Source: the human T2T-CHM13v2.0 reference genome, Homo sapiens. From it: a stretch of 64,000 nucleotides of DNA. The DNA is taken from the NCBI RefSeq assembly GCF_009914755.1, contig NC_060934.1; one strand, given 5' to 3'. The notes beneath the pieces are model-generated. The model searched no databases. It was not told the origin of the DNA and saw only the letters and a program-made list of their open reading frames with translations. The translations under genes and the position numbers were made by a program. Of this stretch, positions 30,288-44,529 are shown piece after piece (position 1 is the first letter of the stretch; each line of letters starts with the position of its first letter).

Positions 30288-32662
30288 GAGAGATCTTGCA
30301 CAGTGGTTAATAACCACAGGTGTTATCATTAGTAACAGCTGGGGAGCTTCTACAGAACTCAAACACTTGCTTCCTCCCCAGCCTACTAAATCAGGATCTC
30401 CATGTGTGAGGTGAATTCTTGTGTAACTTGGTGTAAAGCTCACTTAATGTCTCTGACATGTGTCCTTGGTTAGCGTGGTTAGTAGAAACAGAAAAATAAA
30501 TGTATATTTTGATGTCATTTGATCTTATTTCATTTTTCAAGCAGTGAGGCAATGTAGGATATTAGATTAAACAATTATTTTATCAGACAGTAATTTGCCA
30601 GAAAAATGTCTAGTTGAACCTACACGTGCCTATGTATATATTTTAAAATGTTACTCATTTTGCTTATCTTATTTAAATACTATATGAGGTCATCTTTGTT
30701 CAACATTTCTGTTAAGCTTTCCATTAACAACTCATGTATATTTTTATTCAGGTGTAGAATTGAGGGGGAAGGCTTTAAATGACTTTATTTTTGCCAGCCA
30801 TATGTAGAAAAGCTTAATCTTAACATTTGCCTGATAGCAGGTTTTCCTGATTATAGGCAAACACTTAGTTGTAAGTAAATGATAAACCTTTAGAAGTCAC
30901 TGTCACGAGCTAAACTCAAGATGAAGACAAATGTACTATTTATTTTTGAATGGTGATTTTTTTTAAAAGTCAACATTAATATAATACTAATATAGTAACA
31001 GCTATTATAATAATAGGTAGTGTGTATTAAGGCCTGGAATTGCAAGGCACTAAGATAAGTGTTTTTCCTGCAATGTCGCCTACAATTATCATAAGAATTA
31101 TAAGCAGACTTTTTAGAGGTGAGGACGTTGAGGTGTAGAGAGGGTTGGTTGGTGACATGTCTGTGGGGGACACAGCTAGTGAGTCACAGAGGTGAGATTT
31201 GAACCTGACAGTCCCTCCTCTGGGTCCAGCTTCCTCATCACGGTGTGGTCCTCTTTCCCACCCATATGCTGGTAAAAGGATTCCTAGAAATGCAGTTTTC
31301 AAGTTTGAACAAAACACAACCCTGGCACACCCCCCCAAAAAAAGCAGGCAGAGAGATGTTGCTGGATGGTGAGTTGGCATGGGCTTTGCTGGTGTGTGAG
31401 CAAGGCTAGCATAACACTTTGCAAAATGCAGCTGAGATGGCCTCTGGAAGACAAATTGCTGCCCCATTCCAAGTCAGTTGCATTGTCCCCATGTCTCTTT
31501 CCCCTCAACAAACATGACCCCCGATGGGAACGTCTTTTTTGTTTCTTTGTGTCCCCAACACCTGAGGTGACCATATGGATGCTGCTCTGGGCTGGCTGAT
31601 GGGCAGTGCCGGGCACTGATGATGCACATGAAGTTTATGCTGCAGGTTTGCTTCTGGGGGTGTTTTAAAGCATGGATGATGATATCTCCCTGTATATTTT
31701 TTATGTATCTGAATATACAAGATAAATGCTTTTGAGATTTCTGTGAAATTTCCTTTCATAATAAATCCAGAGTTTATTAACTTGTAACCTTTTTGGTACT
31801 AATATTTCAGCCAAGCAAGAGAATCTAGATAAGTTCTGATTTGTCAGGTCTGAGAACATGCAGGGACACAGCAAAATAAAGTCAGGGGCTTAGCTGGAGT
31901 TTTAATATGTGACTGTATTACTTTCCCTTTATTGTGTGTCCTTGAATAAGCCACTTAAACCGTTATGTCTGATTTCTAAGTAGTAAAGCACTGCTTTCAT
32001 ATTAGTCTTTATACCTATCAAAAATGAGATGTAAGTTGAGTCTCTCCTGTACCCATTCATTCATTTATTTATTCAGGTTAAGTTCCTACTTTAGGGCAGA
32101 TCTTTGAGTCCAAGGAAATTGCTTTTCCATTAAAGTAAGATTCACTTATTCAACAACTGTTTGTTGAGCCCCTGGTATTTGCTAAGGATTATGACAAGAG
32201 ACAGAACACCCGTTATTGATGATGTTCTAGTGGGAGAGGACAGAAGAAAGAAAGAGAGAGAGAAAGAAAGAATATGAATGACAGACGTGTGATATTAAGA
32301 GCTCTGGGAAAAAATTGAGCATGGAAGGGAGTGTCCAGCTGGGGAAGGGGTAATCAGAGAAACCCTCACTCATAGGGTGGTTCCCTTTATGCAGAGACTT
32401 AAAGGAAGGAGGGAGGTCTCCTGACAGAGAGAACGGTAAGTGCAAATGTCCTGGATGGGCTTGTGCTGAGGAAGAGCAAGGCCGGGTACCTGGAACAGAG
32501 TGAGTGAAGGGGAAAGAGTTGTAACCAATGAGCTTATACAGGAAGTGGGGTCTGGTTCACATGGGAACTAGTAGGACATTGTCAGAACTTGGGCTTTTAC
32601 TCTGTGTGAAATGGACACCCCCACAGATGCTCCCATCTTAATCACCAGAATATGAGAATCTG

Positions 32663-33701
32663 TATTGGTGAAACCCGCCCCCAATATTTCAACGTAGGTT
32701 CTTTCTATTTTCCATAAGTGTCGGCTGGCTGAGAAATAAAGAGAGACAGTATAAAGAGAGGAATTTTACAGCTGGGCCACCGGGGGTGACATCACATATC
32801 GGTAGGACTGTGATGCCCACCTGAGTCTCAGACCAGCAAGTTTTTATTAAGGGTTTCAAAAGGGGAGGGGGTGTAAGAACAGGGAGTAGGTACAAAGATC
32901 ACATGCTTCAAAGGGCAAAAAGCAGAATTACTAATAGGGTCTAACAAAGATCACATGCTTTTGAGGGAACAGGACAAAAGGCAACAGCAGAACCACTGAT
33001 AAGGGTCTATGTTCAGCGGTGCACGTATTGTCTTGATAAACATCTTAAACAACAGAAAACAGGGTTCAAGAGCAGAGAACCGGTCAGACCACAAATTTAC
33101 CAGGGCGGAGATTTTCCCCACCCTAGTAAGCCTGAGGGTACTGCAGGAGACCAGGGCGTATCTCAGTCCTTATCTCAACAGCATAAGACAGACATTCCCA
33201 GAGCAGCCATTTATAGACCTCCCCCCAGGAATGCATTCCTTTCCCAGAGTATTAATAATAATATTCCTTGCTAGGAAAAGAATTTAGCGATATCTTCCCT
33301 ACTTGCACATCCATTTATAGGCTCTTTGCAAGAAGAAAAATATGGCTCTTTTTGCCCAACCCCGCAGGCAGTCAGACCTTATGGTTGTCTTCCCTTGTTC
33401 CCTAAAAATCGCTGTTATTCTGTTCTTTTTCAAGGTGCACTGATTTCATACTCTTCAACCACACATGTTTTACAATCAATTTGTACAGTTAACACAATTA
33501 TCACAGTGGTCCTGAGGTGACGTACATCCTCAGCTTACGAAGATAACAGGATTAAGAGATTAAAGACAGGCATAAGAAATTATAAAAGTATTATATGGGA
33601 ACTGATAAATGTCCATATTAAAATGAAATCTTCACAATTTATGTTCCTCTGCCACAACTCCAGCTGGTCCCTCCGTTCGGGGTCCCTGAGTTCCCACAAC
33701 A
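32663..33701 (-). mobile_element. MER11-type (HERVK11) solo LTR
   Basis: Minus strand starts tgttgtgggaactcagggaccccgaacggagggaccagctgg; about 1.04 kb; no TSD visible. Confidence 0.82.
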
Positions 33702-34659
33702 GAAGAGTTTTAGGATGTCTTCCATTAACCCTTATAACTAAGTGTTTTTTAGAAAAAAATGAAAGTTTAAGGAACTGTTTAGATTTTTTTCAAGAATATT
33801 TCATAGACAACATTATGTTTTTCTACCCAAACATTATTTCTAGTTGTCTTTCTTTTTGTGATATTAGCAGCTGTTTTGAATTATTTTGCCAACTTGGCAG
33901 CAACCACTACAGTTTTCTAAAACTAAGAAGCCTGTATTCTAGAACTCTCTTCCCTAAATGAATCCTCATAAAATTTGCAAATAGAGAAAATTCACACACA
34001 ATTCCAAAGACAAAAGTAAAGCCGAAGTCACTGTGAGCAATTTTTGGCAGCCAGGCATGGAGACTTTCACAGCTTTTAACAAGTTTCTTCTCAGCAATTC
34101 TAGCATCCAGATATAGCCCCATCATAGACCTCGCATGAGCATGTACTTCATAATCCTGGTGAATACAGAAGTTTCCTGGACTCTTCATGAGCTGTTGCTT
34201 TCCCTCCTATATCAGTGTTTTCAGCTGAGGCCATTTGTGATTGTGTTTCTGACTTTCTGTAGACAACCTGCCAAACCTTCATTTTTTTTTCTGCTTAGAT
34301 GCACAAGAATGTAGGCACTAATTCTTATATTAAACTGTTTATTTCTATAATACTTAATTGGCTGTTTTCCTGGCTGAACCAAACCAAGAGCAGCAGGGAT
34401 GATAACTTCCAAAACTGATTAAATTAGAGGTCAAGAAATTGAGCCATTTTAATTCTATTATTCTTCTTTCATATATTAAATAGAAAACTTTTGTAGATAG
34501 TTTTTCTTCATTATTTCTTTGGTTACCCTGAGGTACTGCTTGTAGAGAAAAGGTAGAATAAATATGGGATTCTTTCCCTTTATTTACCATTTTCTATTTA
34601 TCAGTTACTTTTTTATTTACCAGTTTTCTAAGTAGTATTCTGCTTTCCTAAAATCCTAG

Positions 34660-34988
<329 letters not shown>

Positions 34989-35185
34989 AAAAATGGGTTG
35001 ATTTTTCAAAAATAAATGTTGGGAATTATTCTCCTGCCTCTTCTCAGTCTAATGAAATTTTTCTGTAAGATATTGCATTTTTAAGTACTCGAATTTTAAT
35101 TTTTTTAAGTTTTTATCTCTACTGAGATTTCACACATGTTTACTCAATATTATTATTATTTCAGTCCTTGAGCATATCTATAATA

Positions 35186-35831
35186 TAGTAGTATCCCCTT
35201 ATTTGTGGCTTTACTTTCCTCACTTTCAGTCACCCACAGTCAAAAAATATTAAATATAAAACTCCAGAAGTAAACAGTTTATAAGTTTTAAGTCATGCAT
35301 TGTTCTGAGAAATGTGATGCAACCTCCCGCCATTCTGCTGTATCCGGTTCAGGATGCGACATATCCCTTTGCTGGGCAGATCCACACTTCCTGCTTCCTG
35401 CTCATTAGACATTTGCAGCCATCTAAGTTATCAGATGGACCTAGCTTAGTGTAGCAGTGTTTGTGTTCAAGTAACCCTTATTTTATTTAGTAATGGTCCC
35501 AATATGCAAGAGTAGTGATGCTGGCAATTCAGATATGCAAAAGAGAAACCTGAAAATGCTTTCAGTAACTGAAAAGCAGAAAGTTTTCCACTTAGTGAGG
35601 AAAAAAAATATGCTGAGGTCGCTAACAACTAGGGTAAGAATTAATCTTTTATTTGTAAAATTGTGGAAAAGGAAAAATAAATTATTGCTAGTTTTGCTTT
35701 TGTACCTCAAACTGCAAAAGCTACAGCCACAGTGTGTGGTAAGTGCTAAGGTAGGGTTTGGTATTATCCATGGTTTAAGAGATCCACGGAGGTCTTCCAA
35801 AGTACGCCCCACAGGTAAAGGGGGAGTACTG
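35186..35831. mobile_element. MER44/Tigger7-type DNA transposon
   Basis: TIRs agtagtatccccttatttgtgg ... ccacaggtaaagggggagtactg. Confidence 0.72.
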
Positions 35832-35948
35832 CAGTCTTTTAATGCTAATTCCAATATCTGGATGATGTATTTATTCTATTGACTGCATGCTTTAATATCA
35901 TTATAAGCTTGATGATTTAAACATCAGGTGTGCACCTGCTCATTGCAG

Positions 35949-35979
<31 letters not shown>

Positions 35980-35980
35980 T

Positions 35981-36292
35981 ATTTTTGTTTGTTTGGGTTT
36001 TTTTGAGATGAATCTTGCTTTATGGCCCAGGCTGGACTGCAGTGGCATGATCAAAGCTCACTGCAGCCTCAGACTCCTGGGCTTAGGTGACCCTGCCACC
36101 TCAGCCTCTCAAGTAGCTGAGACTACAGGCACATGCTACCATGCCTGCCTAATTTTTTTGTTTTCTATTTTTGGCAGACAGAGGGTTTTACCATGTTGCC
36201 CAGCCTTGTCTTGAACATCTGGGCTAAAGCAATCCATCTGTTTTAGCTTCCCAAAGTGTTGGGCTTACAGGTGTGAACCACCATGGCTGGCT
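35981..36292 (-). mobile_element. Alu (AluJ-like), preceded by a (TCA)n repeat
   Basis: Antisense dimer; (tca)10 at about 35949-35978. Confidence 0.88.
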
Positions 36293-36760
36293 TGTGGTCA
36301 TCATTATTATTGATGCTTATATTAGTTCATGTTTGGATAGTGGGACCTCCTTCAAGTTGCCTCTCAGATCCTATGGACATGATCCTGGGGGGTATAAACG
36401 TGCCCTTGCTTTCCAGTATGACAAGATGCTCTAGACTGATTTTGCACATTGCCTGCCTGCAGCCAGAAAGCAGCCATTTCTCCAAAAAGCTTTGGTTCCT
36501 TTTAGTGAGTGATGATATGGAGAATCCAAAGTTATGGCACCAAGGAGCTTTCTGCTTCTGTTTTGTTTAATGCTTCTAGGACTTTTCAGTGGATTAGTCT
36601 AAAAGATAAGTGCATTTTTTAATAAAAAATTATAATTTTTAAGTAAACCTTTCTGTTAACAGTCTTGATTAGAGGATTTTAATTATGCTTAGAGATAATA
36701 CATCTGTATCTTCTTCTATTTCATTTGAAAAGCACCAGTTTTCAATGTCACACCCATAAT

Positions 36761-38145
<1,385 letters not shown>

Positions 38146-39009
38146 TCAATCCATTGCTGAAGAGTACATGGATGTTACTTTGCAGACTGTCAACCTGAAT
38201 TCGTGTTTGCTTGACATTGCCTAATTATTAGTTTCAGTTTCAGCTTACCCACTTTTTGTCAGCAACATGCAGAAAAGACTGTGCCCTTTTTAGTGTATTG
38301 TATCAGGAAGCATCTCACATTGGTTTGTGCCGTTACTGGTGCGGTGACTACCAGCCACTTGGTTAAGATGGAGTTGGCCATATTTCTCCACTGCAAAATT
38401 ACGCATTTTCCTTTTGTAATTAATAACTGTGTGTGAGAAAATTCTTTGAGATGAGGTATATATCTCATTCTTTGTCAAACTATAAGGTTTTTTTTAAGTG
38501 AAAGAAAATTTATTAAGAAACTAAAGGAATAAAAGAAAGGCTACTCCATAGGCAGAGCAGCGTCACTTTAAGGTTTTGCTGTCAACTGATTTTTGTCCAA
38601 ATCAATAATTACTGCGATGATTGAAAAATGATTATTACTAAGTTTATTTTCATTGTCTCAAGTTCTGCCAAACTCTGGATCCAGGCTGTGTCAATAGGGT
38701 AGTGTGGTGCCTCCTATACCTGTCTCGGCCTCCTACAGTCCTTTTTATTTATTTTGTTTTTTATTATAGAGACAGGGTCTTACTATGCTGCCCAGACTGG
38801 TTTCAAACTCCTGGGCTCAAGCAATCTTCTTGCCTCAGTCTCCCAAAGTGCTGAGATTACAAGCGTGAGCCACCACACCCGGCCAAGTTCTTTACCATCT
38901 TCAGAAGGCTTAACTTGCACTTTCAGCAAAAGGATAGATTCCCAGGAAGACTGTGAGAGAGAGTTGGGGCCTAAGTTGATAATACCAAATACACTGAACT
39001 TGACTGTGT

Positions 39010-39456
39010 TCACCATGTTATGGCTCTAGAGAAATGAGAGTGCTAGTGAGGTTGGTGTCATTTTGTGTGTTTTCTGTACCTTGAAGTCCCTCAGAAATCT
39101 TGCCCCTGGTCTTCTTGTTCTAAGAACACAACAGTTTCTCTTTTTCTGTGGAGATGAAATATAGATCTTTGATTTTGGAACCAAATTTGGACTCTTGACT
39201 CTGGAGCACCAATTTCTTCAGCAAGTTGTTCTCTGGAATCAATCCCAGGGTATGGGTTTATCATAAATGCCTTGATGAGAGTGTGTAATTGAGAGGCGCT
39301 ATAGGTGGTATGACACTGTCTGGCTTCTCTACTTTGAAATTCCACACCAGGTTGATCTTGCCCATGGCTGTGGCTTGAATCTAAAGTCAGGTTCTGGTCT
39401 TTTCTGGAATCTGTGCCTAGCTCTTCAATTCTGGGTGACAGAGCGAGACTCTGTCT

Positions 39457-39490
<34 letters not shown>

Positions 39491-40157
39491 CAGGCGCGGT
39501 GGCTCATGCCTGTAATCCCAGCACTTTGGAAGATGGAGATGGAGGTGGGTGGATCATGAGGTCAGGAGTTCAAGACCAGCCTGGCCAAGATGGTGAAACT
39601 CCATCTCTACTAAAAATACAAAAAAATAGCCAGGTGTGGTGGTGTGTGCCTGTAATCCCAGCTACTCCGGAGGCTGAGGTAGGGAATTGCTTGAACCTGG
39701 GAGTTGGAGATTGCAGTGAGCTGAGATCATGCCACTGCACTCCAGCCTGGGCAACAGAGCTAGACTCTGCCTCATTATGGGTGTGACATTGAAAAGTGGT
39801 ACTTTTCAAATGAAATAGAAGAAGATACAGATGTATTATCTCTAAGCATAATTAAAATCCTCTAATCAAGACTGTTAACAGAAAGGTTTACTTAAAAATT
39901 ATACATTTTTATTAAAAATTTTAAAAATACACTTATCATTTAGACTAACCCACTGAAAAGTCTTAGAAGCATTAAACAAGCCTTCTGGACTCTTCTGTAT
40001 TGATTTCTAAAGCAAGTTTTTGTTTCATAGCATAACCTGGGTAAGATTTTTGATTGGAGGTATTGATGAGGATTTTCAATTGATCTTCTGTGAATTTGGT
40101 GTGATTGCACCTATGATTTGCTGCTACCATCTTGTGTGAAGAGGTGTCTTTGGCCAT
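39010..40157 (-). pseudogene. DUXAP3: Processed DUXA (double homeobox A) pseudogene, former CDS, split by an insertion at 39434-39982
   Basis: Intronless. ATG at 40157 gives MAKDTSSHKMVAANHRCNHTKFTEDQLKILINTSNQKSYPGYAMKQKLALEINTEESR (HD1). After the insertion: QN*RARHRFQKRPE, a 2-nt deletion, then HD2 ...TTYSASQLHTLIKAFMINPYPGIDSREQLAEEIGAPESRVQIWFQNQRS, further frameshifts, and the original W-stop at 39010. UTR-like sequence extends on both sides. Confidence 0.9.
39431..39979 (-). repeat. Inverted local duplicate of 36563-37083 (about 200 bp non-Alu DNA, one tail-less Alu and the tail stub of a second Alu)
   Basis: For example 39771 ctcattatgggtgtgacattgaaaa...tagaagaagatacagatgtattatctctaagcataattaaaatcctctaatcaagactgttaacagaaagg is the near-exact reverse complement of 36648-36763. 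Confidence 0.95.
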
Positions 40158-41464
40158 GATGGAAGAGAGTCCTGGAGGCTGAGCTACTGTCTGGGAGACC
40201 ACTTACAGCTCATTTTTAAAAAGAAAGGTTGCATATAATACAACATAATTTACAAATCTAAAGCTTATGGTTTTCTGGGCTTTGACAAATGAAAACACCT
40301 GTGCAACTTCAACCCTTACCAGGATATGCATGAGTTTCTACCTGAAATCACCAGTATTCTAACAAACAGCTTTGCGTTTTTTGAATTGTTCAGTGCCTGT
40401 GAGGATTCCTTACTGCAAGTTTATGAAAAATATATTCAGAAGGCATAGTCTACAATTACTGTTTGGGTAAGTGTTTTCATCAATTGTCTGAATATTTGCT
40501 GTGAATTTAAGTATGCTGATTTTTATGTAGTTATCCTCGGAGAAACATTGTGCCATTTTTCGTGTGGAAACCACTTGTAGAATAAACAGAGATTATGACC
40601 GCACGGAGTTGGTTGTGATGGGCACGTCTACCTGTGGCTGCCATTTGAGTGGAAGGTGGAATCCGACTCTGGATCATCGGCAGCCTGAGCTGGTACTGGG
40701 CTCACACTGACCCTGGGAGTGCTCTATGCGTGCTTCACCTTATGAGGGGTGCAGCAGGAACAAAAATAGAAAAGTGTGCTCTACTTTCACATGTTACCAA
40801 GGGACAGAGGATACCACCAAGGAATTAGAAAACTGTTAAGTGAGGATGTATTCTTCTTAATAGCCTTTCAAACAAGGAATTTGAAAACAAGATTCTACTC
40901 ATCCCACACCAAAATGTAAACAGATATATTATTTTTTATATTCCCAGGATAATTTTGGTTTTACTTAAGCATCACTATTGCCCTGAAATGTCAAGTCAAG
41001 TGGAAAAATAAATGCGAATAATCCCACCACTAGCCTCCAGACTTGATGTTTATGTTATTTCCTTTTTAAAATGACCTTTAAAAAGTTATAAATTAGAAAC
41101 GTGGAAAGTAGAATGGTTTCATGCAAGAAATACTGGAATAAGATCCCTGTTCTGGCCCCAAAGTCTTAGACAAGTCATTCAGCCTTTCTAAGCGTCAGTT
41201 CTCCCATCTGGAAAATGTGGGCATTCATCTCTATGGGAGCTTCTAGCTCTGTCAGTGAGTTTCTGAAACTTGCCCAGGAAGGAGCAGCCCTAGTCTGAGT
41301 GCATGCTGCCCCTGTGCTTGCCTTTTGCCTCCTTCTTATCCTCGAGGTAGCCTGCAGACTCCTCCTCATTCATCTCCTAAGCCAGTGCTATCTGACGGCA
41401 GGGAATATGTTTCCAATTCTGGTCACATCTGAAAGAAATTTTTCCTGGAAGATTACATCTATGA

Positions 41465-41870
<406 letters not shown>

Positions 41871-43656
41871 TAAGGGAAAAAAAAAATCCCTAAGCCAAAG
41901 TAAGTCAACCAAGAAGAAAATGAAAATGAAAATGAAAAAAATATGTATTTTAAAGAAAGTAAAGTGGACATAGCAGTCACTCTGAAATCTGGGTATAGAA
42001 CCACCTTCATCTCTAAAGTTTATATTTAGCCAACCACTATTCTAAGCAAGGTTGTGGTAGGAATACCTACCAACTATTGTAGGCCACATGTCACTTAAAC
42101 AGGCAAAAAGTAAAGCAAAGCCATAATTGTGGTTTGATATTTTGGATATTCAATCTCATTTCAGTATTTGCATGGTCTCACATTTTGGAAACAAAATTGT
42201 GGTGATTTCACTTGTCTCTTCATATCATGATTATACTTAAAACTGAGAAACAAATGTAGACTAAAGAAGTAAACACTAAAGGGTGAGATCATGCAAGTTA
42301 AACAGATATGCTTTCTCAGGGGAAGGTCACTTACCCATCATGCGCTGATATATTTTTGTGAGCTTATATGGTTCTAGCGTATTTACAACTTGACTAACTT
42401 TACATGATTCACTGTGTACTGTAGAATATAATTAAATTGACATTTCCTGGTACAGAATAAATTTGCATATGAGCGAAACAAATGATGAGAATAAATAAGT
42501 CTGAGGCCATATAATTCCACTGGTTACCAATTTGTGTCTTCAGCTCTACACCAAAGCAAATATTACAACTCTGAACAAGCAAGCAGGCGAAGAATAGATT
42601 TGCTGTAACCTCAGATGTCAAAGAATGCATTTATCTCTGAAAACATTTGTATTTTTTTGTCACATTGTACTTTATTTAAAGGTGGCCACAGCATTAAAGT
42701 GTCAGTTCATTTTGTACAACCAGAAATGGAAAATGAGTCAGTCAAGCTGAAGCAGAAGTTTCTAACAAAGTCTAAGGCATAGTTCTATATAACTAATAAT
42801 AAGGATACAATATTTGGCTTACTGAATTCCCAAACTGAGGTCACTAAAATTTAAGAATATCTACCAAAACTTAAGCGAAATCTCAGAGAAACTTTAAAAA
42901 TAACATTTTATTTTTGATATTTCAAAATGTTTCAATCAATATTCTGAGCCTAAATGTGCAGGTGAGTGCTTTCTCCATCTTTGCACATGTGAAGTGCGCC
43001 TGAACCATAGCCCCATATTTCTCAAACACCATCACACTCATAGAACAGAAAGGAAAGGGTAGTTTCACCAGCTAGCCCCCACAAGCCACTCCCTGGGGTC
43101 CTCCCCAGCACCTGCTAAATTTGGGAGGCCTGATTTCAGGGGGGTGGATAATGAACTGGCAAAATAAACCCAAAAGAATCGTAATTACAAAGACCAACTC
43201 AGGTTCCAGTTAGACAGCCCATACCAGTGCTTTTGATGTTAGCTGCGGTTAAGGGGGCAGGAAAGGCTCCCACTCTATGGTCCGTGGCGTGGTCAGCTCA
43301 GCGCTGCCACCTTGGCGGGCTCCATCTCACCATGACCCTCTCAATCAGGCTGATGGTGTCTCCTTATGCCAAGTGGAAGGAACTTCAATCAAATTCTGAC
43401 ACGACCTGCAAATCCTCTCGGGCCCTGGGCTACTGGTTAGGCCAGTAGGGCTGTGTATCAACCGATTAAACCCATTAATAACTGACAGCACAGCACGGCC
43501 TCCTTCTCAACAAATTACGATGCCGATCCCGGAATCAGCCATCCAGGCCCATGGTCTTTTGTCCTTAAGCTTTCAAAACGCCTCCCCTGCTTCATGCTTT
43601 CTAGTCTTGAGGACTTGGCTTCAGCGTGCTTCTGAATTGCCGCTCCCTCTGGTTGA

Positions 43657-44492
<836 letters not shown>

Positions 44493-44529
44493 CTATTAAT
44501 TATTCTTAATTAAAACATTTCAAGGACGC

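Noticed and set aside
39010-40157. Functional DUX4/D4Z4-type or intact DUXA gene
   Set aside because: Sequence matches DUXA rather than GC-rich DUX4, and has a stop, frameshifts and an insertion; no macrosatellite array.
43295-43325. Possible CTCF site (gcgctgccaccttggcggg)
   Set aside because: About three mismatches to the core consensus; not supportable without binding data.
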